The translations under genes and the position numbers were made by a program. The notes under the pieces were generated by a model. That model was not told where the DNA came from. It was given only the letters and a program-made list of their open reading frames with translations, and ran no database searches. Source: Balanoglossus misakiensis (lineage: Eukaryota; Animalia; Hemichordata). From it: a stretch of DNA of 64,000 nt. Each line of letters begins with the position of its first letter. Positions within the stretch are counted from its first letter, which is position 1. Shown piece by piece: positions 50,932-64,000 of this stretch. Location: contig CM082589.2 of NCBI GenBank assembly GCA_040954595.2, positions 4,726,213 to 4,790,212 on the forward strand, read 5' to 3'.

Positions 50932-52264
50932 TCTGGAGTGTCACTACAGCACATGTACGCTTCGGGCAAGTGACGAGACCGCCAATGTCCCTGAGACGAG
51001 CGTGGTGGCTTGGTTTCTCGTTGCCGTCTTCTAAGTTCTTTTGTGCGGATTGCGCTGGACAAAGTGTTGAGTTGCGTAATTTAATCAATAACCTGATTGA
51101 TTTATTCTTCCCCCTTCACAATCCAAAGTTGGCGAAAAACAGAACGTGAATGTCACTTAAAAGTATACTAAAGTTAAACAACAGTCTCTTTGGAAACATC
51201 TATGTATTTCACCGTTCATATCTTGGGGAAAAGCGTTCGAGCCTTAGATGTTTAAGATTTTGTATGCGTAAAACTAATCGATAGAGGACCGCTTTCTATT
51301 GTAACCCGGGGATTTTCTTATTCTTCAGTCATTTTTGGAGACAATGAGGTGTTAGCGGCCATTTTGAAAATCAATATAGCGTCATTGAAAAATGGTGGAC
51401 TATATGACAACGTCTGATTCTTTGACGTCATTAATTTCCAATTGACCAAAAATCCTAATTTTTGTTATTTGTTATAAAACAGACACACGGAACCATCGCC
51501 TTATCGCAGATGGCTAACATCTGAACCTCTTCTAACACTTTTAGACCAAATAATACTCGTTGGTGTCAACGTGAGTACATGTGTGTACATGTACTTGTAT
51601 TCTGGTCGTCGTGGATGAGAACGCCCTCCCACGACCACTGTAATCAGAGGGGCTGGTCGGAGCTCGTGAATATATCTGGTGAAGCAATGATTGGTATTAC
51701 CGTTTCTCTTTAGTTCAAAGAAAGACAGGACCAACAAATTTATTTTATTGTTCTGTGAATCTGATTAACACGTTCTATTTCTCTATAAAATGCCAATTTT
51801 ACAAACAATAACTACACAATGTATGATATTGATGATAACAGTCACTTGAACTTTTTCTAAAACCGACTCGCGGTCTGTGCATCTAGTACAGTTAGAGGGT
51901 GAAAATGATGACAGCTAGGTGCTTATATCTAACAACACTCTCAGAAAACTCCCAGTGCTGTGTTTTCCAGGAATTTGAAGGATTCTTATTATTATGCATG
52001 GTTGCACTTGATTTCATTTTACCGTTGAGCCCGGAAAAGGTTTGCACGAACGGATTTAACACATTCACAAATAAGATTGCATAAGTACAAGCATAATCAT
52101 GCTGAAGATTGGATTTTTTCCTACTTCATAATCATCAGAAGACGAAACCCCTCCAATCACTGTATATTTCTTTCAACATACGCCTCTGCCTCAATACTTC
52201 ATCTTCAATTGTAAAATACAAAGCTCTGTGTTCTTGGCTGTTTGGTATCTCTCAAATCTCTCTA

Positions 52265-55200
52265 TTAAGGCAACCCCTCATAAAGATTTTCATTTCGCAT
52301 ACTCCGGTCTTCTTTGCTTTTAGTTTTCAAGTCGTCGACGTCAACGTCCGTTGCCATGGCAGCTGCAGCCGCGCTGCTCACACGACTCTCCGACCGCAGG
52401 GGCGTGTAGTTGTTGGGTTCCTGGCCCGTGATTGGCTGATAGCCTGTGTCCGTCGCACGGGTGACGCTGAGTCCGTGTTCACCAATTTCCTCGTAAATGG
52501 ATTCTTCGTTTGCGTTGAAATCTCCCGGCGTCGTCGCCGTCGCCGCCGCTCCCTGATCCGCGACACCCTGGTCTCCGCCGCCGCGGTGGCGCGCATGCTC
52601 GATGATGCCAACATCTATGTACGCTTCGTTGCTGATATGTCGTACTTTGTATTCCGCGTCTTTGCCATGGTTACGGCTACCGGTTTTCCTGCAAACACGA
52701 CACAGTCGTTTAATATAGGAAATTAAATGTGATTGCTGACATCGTTTTTCAACTCCTGTTTTGGTTTTGGGCTCGGAGGGGTGGAGAAAGACGCCAGGAA
52801 TAAAATGACAGACAAACGGCGCATTGGCAGAGACAGATCTAGAACAGCAGAGATAGAGAGAAAGGGGAACGAGAGATACATAGACAGAACAAAGGAGCAA
52901 GGCATACACACCCTCTTGGGAGACCCATATGATTATTATGTGCCTTATAAAAATAAAATGCCTATCTCTAGAGACAAAAACATGTAAAGGCAAAACAACC
53001 GAGAAAGGTCTCAGACACAAACACGTCTGCTGTAAACACGTAGATCTCAGACAGTGCAACAAAGATTGCTTTTTTCAGATCAACAGATCATCGACAGCTG
53101 CTCAGATATGGCGCGTACACCAGACACCGACTGCGTGCGTCAATGAGACGTTTTCAGGATGCTATGATCAATATCCGACGACTGCCGTTCAACGGATTTG
53201 AAAAAAATAAACCTGTTAGCACAAACTCAGACAAGCCGAGGGGAAGAAGCGTAAAATATTGATCACTGGCGGCGCGGCATGACGTCAGAATGACCAGTGA
53301 ACCTTTCTCTCTCATCGCCGATGACAAGTATCTCCCATCACGTTCAATTTTAAACGGAAATTTAAAATCAGTGTGTTATGTGCGAAGTATAAAAGGGGTT
53401 TATCACGTGATGTTTTTCACGTTTGTTCGAATCCCTCTGTTCTTAACATGCGCAAAGTGTTCTCATTTCAAGTTTACGACAGAAGTTTGAAATACATGTA
53501 AATGTACTATTAGGCGATCTCTGTAGCTTTGGTAACGATTTCACAAAGAAATGATATCTTAACAATTCGTTTTATGACAATCCTTCGCTGACTTGCTTTA
53601 ATTTTAACAGATGTCACATTATCATGGTCTTACCTTTTCTTGAAAATTACCATGACAACAAGTATGGCCGCTATCATCAATAATATAACGCCAGCCACAC
53701 AGACCCCGATGAGCACCTCTGCAAGAAAAAAAAAAGAAACATGCTGGTATTCATAAAAAAATACTCGTCCCATGTAACAAATAAACAAATAAATAAATAA
53801 TCAAACACGCCAGAAAGGCACTCACTACTTGGACCATTCGAAGGACTTGATTGGCTTTCACTACTTTTTCCATCCAATCCCATGACCGGATTCAAAAACC
53901 TAGTGACAAAGTCGGTTGTTTCATCAACAGCTGCAATTCCAGGCGTCGTGACCTGTTGCACTGTAAACATGAAGAAAATACAACATGTTGGCCATGATGT
54001 TCATTGTTCATGACGACAGACAATTTGCTCGTTTCAGATGTCGTGACAAGGCGCCTGTTAATGTTAAAAAATACATGTCGATCATGTTTGATGTTTGCTT
54101 TGTAATTAGCTGATACAATTTTCAACATGCCACATAAAGACGTGCGTGTTGTAGGCACGGGAATGGATTTTTGAGTTCCCTTCCAAGAAAGCGATGGCAA
54201 AGAACAAAACATGTACAGTTATTAATGTCCTGCGTGTAAGAGAAGCCACTGTGGTATCTCGTTTTATATGAGACACGATTTCGAAATATTCGTTTTCCGA
54301 GGAAGGAACTACCGCATGCGTGCATGCATGCATATAAACAAAGGCAACTCACTTTCACATCGAGGCTCACTTCCGCTCCACTCGCCGTCCACCTGACAAA
54401 TTCGCCATGATACGCTGACCATGCTGTACCCCTCGACGCATGAGTAGGTCTTATTCGCTCCAATGGTGTTATCTGCTGACGTTTGGTATCCGTTGATTGG
54501 GTCGCCTGGATCGCCGCAGGAGGTGGGTAAATCAGAGGCTTTAGAAGGAGAACGAATTTGTTAGGATAGAAGTAAGGGTCTTGAAAGTTTTATCGGGCAG
54601 GTACATGTATACAATGTACTGGTGTCTCGGTCTCACACACAACGAACGCATTTTTTTCCGTTGGGAAATTTACGCTCTGACGCATTTATTAGTAAATTAC
54701 TCGACACACCCCTCTTCTATGGCAAGAAAATAACCCATTAATGGCCCTGGGCAATCCAATATAGCCCATTTTTATCACAAAACACGGGCGACGATTTGTG
54801 AGTGTGTGTACCCATGATTCCACTGTCCACATTGTAATGTCGAGCTTGTACTCACATACGCACTTTGGAAGATTCCCTGTCCAACTTCCATCTTCTTGAC
54901 ACCTTCTCTCCCCAGAACCTTCCAGAACGCCGTTGTCGCACAAGTACCTCACCTCACTACCGAGAGCGCGGTCGTTACCTAGCAGCCGTCCTCCAGCCGG
55001 TACCCCTGGATCGCCACATGCTTCAAGAAGAGAAGTAGACTTTGGTAAGACGCTCCAGCATAACATTGATGCCAGTGCTTTTAATTTTCCCTTCCCGTTT
55101 TCAATGCCTTTTATCTCGCTGTGAGCTCAAGGTGGTTTCATAATCTTGTGATCACTGAGAAGCATGTACGTGTATCCGCTTGCTTTAACAATTGTAGAAA

Positions 55201-56978
55201 GTCTTTATTTGTAAGTTTAGTTCACTGGGTGCACGCTAGTTTAAGCTATACGGAAAAGACAGAAATGTGAATACGATAATGTCACTTTCCTATCTTCACA
55301 ATCGAAGTCTACACGCAGTTATGCTTCCTGGCTTTTCACTTCGTAACTCGACAAAGCACGACAGCTTTGAAAATGGAGATTTTGGAAATGGCGAGTCGAG
55401 CGAGCATATCAGTAGCCCTACGGTGCAGAACTCCATCGTCACTCAGGGACAACACGTTATCATTGATCTAACTCATAGCGTGTTTTGTATATTGAAAAGT
55501 ATTCTGCAAAGAGATACGTTTACAAATTGCATCTCATGGGACTCCAAAAAGAAACAGTATCAAGACAGTTATAAGTATATAATTGAATATAGAGCTTGGA
55601 GCAATGCGTCCATGCTCAGAGGAACGGATGAACATGTCGACGGGGATGTAAAATTACCCAGCGGGATAAATTCGTGGTTCGAGGGCATCAACATTTGAAG
55701 AAGAAAAAAACATATATTCCTCCAGGAATTTCTGATACATGATCGACACCGGCAATTTGCACAACAGTGCGATAAAATGTTATCATTTCCCCCTAAAATT
55801 AAAGGAATTGGCAGAGACTCTTCCATTGCTCAAGGGAGAACATCTAATGCTGATAACATGTAATTTAAATGGCTGGTTATAAGGCGGTTGAATTTCATTT
55901 TATGATCATACATAGCGCATAGATAAGCATTGTATTTATAACACCCTTCTGAGTGTCTAGCTTATCATAATTGGGTCAACCAAGTAACCGTCCTACTTCC
56001 ATAAACTGATTTTAATATTCACCATTGCATTCGACACCGGCGTCTTGTTCATGTGAACATTCCCCGCCACTGCCACCATATGACCTCCACGGGTCACCGT
56101 CGCAGTCGTTCAGGTCATCCTCCTCGCCGTCGCAGCGAAGATTTCGCAGCCAGATCCACCTGGGCACCGCCGTAGTGGGCCTGTAGTAGTTGCCATGGTG
56201 AATGGCGTGGACACCTTGGAAGCCCAGCTGGCGACAGGCCACGGCGCCATCTTGGATGTCGAAGTCGTGGTCGCAGATGGTGCCCCACAGTCCCAGACCC
56301 ATGTAACGGACTTCGAGTCGCCCTTCGAATCGAGTTTGTCCGTCTCTAAGCCGGATCCAGTGCCCTGTAGGTTTTGATGACAGAAAAGGTCATGTCGGCA
56401 AACATACTATCTATCTCTACCCGCATACCAGACTCTCTGTGCCTGCTAGCCTCCCTCCCCCAACTTGTGTGGTTGTATAATTCACGGCCCCTCTCTCGTG
56501 TCAGCAAATTGCATGTCACCTGTACATGTGCCCTTGTATATGAATATGATTATCCTTCAAGGCAGAACTGTGATTGAAACAAGTGCGTGTATATTTGCAT
56601 CTCAATGAAAAACCTCGGATAATGCATCACGCGCATATAATATTCGGTTTAACTATTCAATCTTTGTCTGCATTAAGGTGCCCCTCCTCGTCAATTGGAC
56701 TCATTGATTCTTAAATGAGGGCTAACGTATAGACAGGGTGTTACGAAAGATTCTTGTACCGTACGTACTATCTTGTGATGAACACATATTATTAAGTTTC
56801 GGTAAATGTCGTCTGGAAGTATTAAAATGTCAATGAACCAAAACAAAGAAAGTGTTTTGACCGGCTACCTCATTACGTAATGGACCGAGCCGATGTCTAT
56901 TGACATCCTACCTGTGGTGAGCCGCGCAAGCGTCAATACGAGACAGATCTTCACGTCAAAGCGCATAAACCCGCCCAT
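52265..56978 (-). CDS. Type I membrane receptor: signal peptide, group A SRCR, 2 CCP/sushi, stalk, TM, Tyr-rich tail (~467 aa)
   Basis: Exons 56912-56978, 56023-56364 (IRL.DG..EGRLEV..WGTICD..VACRQLG..DAGVEC), 54856-55020 and 54353-54538 (CGDPG..C..C..DG.W.G..P.C), 53826-53960, 53634-53718 (VLIGVCVAGVILLMIAAILVVMVIF-KKR) and 52265-52688. All phases are compatible; total 1404 nt. Confidence 0.88.
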
Positions 56979-59900
56979 GACGTCATCGGTGTATACGAAA
57001 CCCCCTGGTAGAAGTCCCAGTAACCGAGTTTTTCCCAGATGTGTGAAAACTCAACCAATCCCCTGACACGCCAGCTAATATATATTCAAAACGTTTCCGG
57101 AACACCATCCGTAGCTCCATTCACGTTGACGCCGCTTCTTGCACTGTGGTGTATATTGTTATGTAGATGAACTTGGACAATGCGGAATACAAAGGAATGG
57201 GTCACTTATGAAAGTGGCGAGGTCGTGTGCAGTGGTGTTACTGTTTCCTTTGTAGCTGGCCAGCAGTACGTGTTATGGTTGTTCGTGATTGGCCAATTTC
57301 ATCATATCTACATGTTGGCCAATTTGTGAAACAGGTGCTTACATGTAAATTGTCATAACATGTGGTATGAACCACTCTCATTTAAGTGATGCCTTTTTAG
57401 CCTGTGTCCATTTTAAGCACTCAAGGCTGATGGTTAAATCGGGAAAGAAACATAAAGCAAAATGACCTCCAATAGACAAATCCATGAACACGCATGCGCC
57501 TTTGGATTAATATCAAGTAGATCTACTGTACTACCATAAAGCTTACCATTACTCTACTAATGAATTTTTTATTATCATTGCGGTTTAAGTAATTTATAGC
57601 AGCAAACCCTGAACATTCGCTTAAGTGATATGCAGCTGATTTTAACAGATTGAATTTTTGTTTGCAATATCGACACCCCGAGAAGTTAATGTCAGTGTAT
57701 GGCAACATCTGATTTTATCATACCCTGATGTGATGACGTGCGTCATTCGGTACAATTGCCCGCGAGGAGACATTGGCGACGTGCAGTTTCACGCTCCCGA
57801 GACGGGATGTTGGACAGACTTGTTTTGAAGATCCAATCTGCTAACTTCTTAAAGACACCCGAAGAGACATGCTTTGGTGTCTGCGATTCGAACTCACCGT
57901 ATAGGTCGCCCCACTTACGTAAAGTACATGTACGCGCAGTTCAAGACGCAAGCGGCGAATTATGAAATCCCGTCTACTCCTTTTGGCAAGATGTGGGAAA
58001 TAATTCAAAAAGGTGGCAGGCTATAAAGACTTTCATGTCGTTTCGAATGACTTGCAAGAGAATGACTCGGAAGAAACCGTAAGAATATAGACCTATATTT
58101 CCCGGCAAAAAGTAGAAATTGGACTGACATTTTTTGACGGCCTACGGGCCCGCCAAGCAAACCGGATTGCCTTTGCGTATTAATCACATCATAGAGATTA
58201 AAATGAACGTAGCAGTGAGGTCGTCTTCTGTGTGCCATTAGAGTTCCTACTGAAGGCGTTGCGTTTGTGATATTAATCAGTTTGATTACAGTGATGTTAC
58301 CCCATGTTCGTCACGTATGCGCGCCGGGAGTGTACCAAGTTCACTATACAGGGCACGTTCAATAATTACAGCCACCGGGGGCTGATCGGCAAATTCTTAT
58401 CCATACTCCTACGTCCAATTGTAACACACAGATAGTGAGGTACACGTGGAGATGACCCCCTTGCTGTAATAGCTTAATGCGCCCTTAGAAAGTAGAAACG
58501 GTTAAGTCTATCCACCTTTACTTACCCGAGTCTTATCTCTGAATCACGAACTCCCCAACTGTTTAATGGCACACGGCCATCCAGGTATATCGTTTTGTGA
58601 ACAACGCCAAGGATTGTACGAAATCGAATAATACAAAGCGAATATGCATTGGCATCGAAAACCGCATCATGGTCGTCGTTCTCGATCAATGGTGCTCGCT
58701 TCAGTGGACACTATATATACGCGATCGGAAACAACCTGATATCAATGTTTTCATCTGAATTTTACTGTCAGGTGGGATTTGCAGGAACCATAACGATCGT
58801 TGCCACCGGAAGTGAGGCCATGTTCTTTTTTGACAGGATAAAACCAGGCAACGTTGCTGTTGCAATTGCCTCATAATAAGGGCATGCAGATCACACATGT
58901 TAGTCAACATACATAGTCCCTGCTCTTGTTTTACTAAATTGAGACGTGGATAATAAATTCGCCTTGCCATTTTCTGGTATATGTAAAACATTGCATTTTC
59001 TGGCGCTTTTGTTTGTGGTCATACTGCGTGGTGTCGTTTCGAGCACTAATGCTTTCCTAGTAATCCGCTTGAAGTACCACAGGGTAATTTTAATACATGG
59101 TGTATCAATAAGCTGCCGATTACTAAAATCTGAAGTAAGTGCCGGCCAACTCCGAACACATTTTATTTTACAATGGTCAGGGGGTGTAACTCCAGTGTCG
59201 TTTATTTTTACAGGAATTGGTCGACATGTGTTACGTTTCGCCTGGTATATACACGTAGGCGAGCATTCGCATCGTCGACATGGAAGTTTTGTGTCACCAA
59301 TCGCATGAGCTGATTTTCCGTCCAGACGTGCCACTCCTAATCTCAAGATTCTCTGCATCGCGTCTTCATGGCTAAGGTAAGCCCAGTTCCTGGATTCTTT
59401 TTTTATCTGTGCCCAGAAAAAAACATGCCTATTATTTTTCTCAAAGAGAGACACGCCCAGTTCGTCTTATCTTACGGTTTTCTGGACCCCAGTAAAATGT
59501 CCTCGCGCTGCAGAGAACTGCACTTACCTATTTAAAGGCGTTTAGTGCGTGCATGTACATGTATAAAAAATACAGCAACTGAGCTGAGCTTGCCATTTTT
59601 TTGTCCGTTCTTGAAATATAAATCGAAAGAGTTAAACATGTAGGAAATGTTCCCCCGAATAACCGAATATTTGTAAAAAATCACAAGTATTGAACTTTAA
59701 TCTTGAACGTCGAAAGTATATTGTAAAATGCCACTTCAACTGTTACACGGTTCAGTCGTGACATGGGCGTCTCTGGTCGTGACCATCGTGATCTTTGTCC
59801 TGTGCAGGGTCGATATCCGCAAAACGGAAATGTCCAGTGGGCGTCAAGTCTCAAATAAATGCCGCATTTCGCAGAATGTGGCTGCGAAAGCGGTACTTGC

Positions 59901-62900
59901 GCAAATTTGAAGGAAATGAAACAGATCGCCTTCTGGTGTAGTGTTGATTGTTCGAATGTTCTCGTACGGAAGAACTTTCAGTCATTGACGCATGCCTCAT
60001 CACCCTGGGGACATTTAGCGATTATTGAAATACACAGGTGTCTACAGACCTTCTGATGTGCTATACACCAGCTTTCTATGGTGTTTTATAATCGGTTTTG
60101 TCATATCGTGAGTCTGTTATAACTCACATTCATATAGCTGTATTATGTTGTCCAGCGCCGCCTACGATCAATATTCGTACAGTCGAGGGATCAGGCTTTC
60201 GAGCCAAACACAACTCGGAAAGAGATAATTTAATTTGAGGCTAATTATCTTTAAAAAATATGAGACTTTCGAGACGCATACTTAATACACGTGAACTGTT
60301 TGTGTACTATTTTAGAAATCATCGCTTTTTGACGATTGACGAATGACCCGTTTTATAAGGGATTCTCATCCCAAACAAAACACTATGTTAAAGACGATTT
60401 GCCTTTTTCGCATTTATAATAATTTCACTGTAACTGTTGTTGTTCTGAAAAAAAAAGTTCTTTCAGCCGCACGTTGTACAGGTAAACGAATCAATGTCAG
60501 GGAGAATTTTTTCCCTTCGCACGAAACACGTTGTCTCGTTTAGATATTGATCATTTGTATTCTAGTAAGACAGAAAGCTTTCCCGGATGAATTATTTGCT
60601 CATCGCGGTAAGTCGTGTCGAGAAATCCCCCGAGCCTAGCGATCATTACCTCCTCTTTGCATTTGATGCAGTCGATTGAATAGTGACGTCACTCAGTGTC
60701 GTGTCGCGTTGAACGACACAATTTGCCGTTTACCAATCACCCACGATCGAATCTTTAACAATGGTGTCTCGATCGAAGGCCGACGAGCCAGTGGGCTTGT
60801 CTGAAGGTGATGTGGCTTTTTAAAAACAAGACGGTTAAACCGTGTTTTCTTCTTTGATTTCTAAACGACTTTTCAGTGCACACTTTAAGACATCAAAGAA
60901 TTAAGAGCTTTGGAGAACTGTCGTTTTTTTTCTTCTGAAAATTTGTCCCTGGGACGCGTATTACCTTAACCTAAAGGTGTAAGTGGAAGAAATGTAAACG
61001 AAATCACCACGACAAATATTTAACGGGCTAAAGCTTTCTGAAAACAGTCTCTCCAAGACTTGAAGACGCGGTGGGGAAAATGAGTCTCAGATTAAAATAA
61101 ATAACGGTATAAAACCCAAGTTCACTTTAAATGTCTTTCGTTGGGCTCTGTTTTCCTTAGCAATTACGAGTCAAACATGACCATAGATTGCATACAACGA
61201 CTTGTGTCGTAAAAGTTTAGTGAATAAAGACGTCGATTACTGTATAGACGTCACGGCGGGATGCGCACAGGACAGAGACAGTTTCTAGGCAACAAAAATG
61301 TTATCTGTTATCGTTTGTATTGTTATTGGCGACCTTGGACTGTGGTTTAATTAATCTCAATAGCAATATCACGTCTGAATCTTCCACTGGCTTTACCCCA
61401 CATCAGCCCATGATCTTTTACATGTTAATTCACTGCCGCGGATGCCGTTAGAATTCAATGGAAAATGGAGTTTTATCACCGGGGAGACAAGGCAAAGCCC
61501 CCGCCGTGTCACATTGATTGCGAGTGCAATCCGAGTGCGAGTGAAACTGTTAGATTGCAGCTCCGAACGCTGACTTGACTAGTCCGATAATCGGACAAAT
61601 TTGTGTACATTTGGCGTCGTCTTCACAGCGTTGTATAATTTGTAACCCCGACCTCTTCCATCATTAACCATCGGTGAGAAAGTGAGAGCGATAGCTATAT
61701 TTGTTTTCTCTTGTGTCAATAATTTACTGCATTTTATTTTGAATTTTGATGGACATATTGATTTTCCCCGTATAGCTCAGCACAGGGAAATCAACACGTC
61801 GTTTAACACCTGTGCTATATATAAGCGGAGGCCACACGCAGCGATTGGAAAACGGTGTCAATGTAATTGAATGTCATGATTAAGTTTATTGTGTACCTGT
61901 TCTGTACATGTATAAGCTTATGTTCGAAAGACACACATGTATTCGTTTCGCATTCAAGCATTTGTCGTGTACTCCTACAGTTTCGCGAACCAGTTCTAAA
62001 TGCACGCCACGCTTCCTTGGTTGTACCAGAGGACACTTGTAGACGTATCGATCGACTACATGTCGATTTCGTAACTGGATACACACCTGTCATTTGTTTT
62101 CCGATATCTTTCAAACACGATCAACTTGAGAGGAAGATTATGAGTTTCCATCTTCTAAGGGAACGCTCACGCATTCATTCCGGGGGCGGGCGGGTTAAGG
62201 GCATTATCGTCCTCGAGGGGAAAATACCCATTGCGACCAGTTTGCTACATCAAAATAAAATCCGCATTTCTTTGAATGATCACACGACATATCCTTAGCG
62301 ACGCATTGAGGTCATATATGGTTATGTTTTTAAATCGCGTTATTTAAACCTGAACTCCCAGAGTTGAAGTACATGCTATCACAACCTTGACCGTGGGGCA
62401 AAGAATGCCAAAACTACTGATTTTATTTTGACGTAAACAGAATCTCTGTTTGCGTCAGTATGATGGGGTGGCGTCAATCAAGAAATAAGAAAGCCGCGAT
62501 TGTAAAACGTGGAACTCGGGGGAAGGGGACAAGTATAATATATCAGAATTTCTTCCAAAATTACTAAATGGCAGACTCAGGGCACTAGTGAACAATTACG
62601 AATGAGCTGCACTCTGATTATCTACAGAGCAAACGTTTGCATCAAAGCAATCTTGCCTATCATTTTCAAACAGATAAAAATAGAACACTCAACGGACGGA
62701 TAAATCAACCTCGCGATTCGCTACGCATCACGGACTGAGAAATCTGGTAATAATGCTTCTATTCCGTTTCAGAGATCGTTGTATGGGATTCACACACATG
62801 CATTTCAAACGCTTCTGAAACGTCCCAGGTCAAATACGGGCATAAATTATTATGTGTGAACCGGGTTAAGTGTCCTTGAACATTTCAGGCTTTGTCGGCC

Positions 62901-64000
62901 AGACCCGAGTAAAGGATTAACACCTCTCCGCAACCCACTGTCTACAAGGCAAATAGTGCATCTGGAATGTTTCTAGTTTTACCCAGTGTGAACGTGGTAA
63001 TGGTCACGTGTTCAGGCAGACAATGATGCTGACCAGCCTTCACAAGAGTTCATTTATCGTTGTTGATTGAAATCGCTTCATTATCAGAGATTTGTTTTTA
63101 TAACGATTTGTCACATGGAACGATGTCTCAAAATGCGAAAGGTAAACTGTTTATGTAAAATGTTTTGAACTTTGTATGCATTGAGTTAGGATGAGACCGC
63201 TAATATGAATCATCATCGATTTTGACAGCATTTTTTACTGGGGTAGGTTACCAGAAATATTCATCGTGAGAAAAAAAAGAATAAAGTATTATAGAGCTCT
63301 GGGTTATACTGTGATTTGCAATAAGCGAAATGCCATTGAGTTCGCTCAGCAGAGTGCAATAGATTGCAAGATGCGCGGTACAGTTCCCCATCAAAATAAT
63401 AACCATGTGGGCTACCCACCGCTGGCTGTTGATCGCTCGGTTTATTGTGGCATCCGATATATTTTTACTACTAATACCAAAACATTTTTTCAGTAAATTA
63501 AAATGCTCTATTCTCTATGTCGGCTCCCGTAAAGGGGTAATCATTTTTAAGACCCAGCTGAATTTCACGTATATTCCATATTAAAGAGTTCGTTCATTTA
63601 TGTACAAACATAACATACCCAGCGGTAACTATAAATGAGACGTATATAAAAACATGCAGCCTGTAGCATTATGACGAAGGAATGCACTTTTCATCATTGT
63701 GGCTCGGCAGCCCTTTGCGACAAATACCAATTATCGATCGACATGTACAGTACTGCAAAAATAATATGCCCTCTTTCAAAAGCAGAACTTTTTGAAACAA
63801 GGTTCTAAGACAGACGGCAACGGTCGTCAAAGCCTCATCGCTTCCGCATTTTCGGTCAAATTGTTGTCTACTTATCGTTGCTGTTATCATTGATGCTTTT
63901 TCACGGTGGTGGGTTTCTGAGTAGACACTACACGGTCGACCAACTGTCCGCATGGTTACGAATTCAGATATTTGTAATGCAACGACAGATGGATAGGGCG

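Noticed and set aside
52689-53062. Hydrophobic N-terminal part of the 265 aa ORF as a TM region
   Set aside because: Intronic low-complexity sequence; the true TM exon is 53634-53718.
57000-64000. ORFs of 60-184 aa (e.g. 58900-59454, 61867-62298)
   Set aside because: No recognisable domains, codon bias or consistent exon chain; treated as intergenic or regulatory.
1-64000. CRISPR arrays, rRNA, tRNA, transposase or reverse transcriptase genes
   Set aside because: None recognised; the periodic structure seen is explained by repeated protein-domain exons.

Overview
Intron-rich animal DNA, most likely an invertebrate deuterostome (hemichordate-like; taxon is inference). It contains: (1) a long foldback inverted repeat running off the left edge (1-1363); (2) nearly the whole TAF2 gene on + (about 1535-10709, first exon outside the window), with a clear AT-AC U12-type intron at 1756-2005 and possibly a second; (3) two tandem single-exon class A GPCRs on -, GPR21/GPR52-like and lacking the aminergic Asp3.32; (4) a ~34.5 kb minus-strand gene (50931-16402) that I can walk exon by exon into one apparently secreted mosaic protein of roughly 5,500-6,000 aa (my estimate), with ~19-20 TSP1, 9 F5/8C, 8 SUEL, 6 C-type lectin, 2 F-type lectin, 3 PAN and 3 EGF domains plus single Link, fibrinogen-like, LamG/pentraxin, Ig and WxxW modules; it includes domains nested inside other domains and a very recent exon duplication; (5) a ~467 aa SRCR-CCP-CCP-TM receptor on - (56978-52265) with ITAM- and ITIM-like tyrosine motifs; (6) ~7 kb with no recognisable gene (57000-64000). 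Exon boundaries were read by eye from splice signals and frame continuity; no searches were run.
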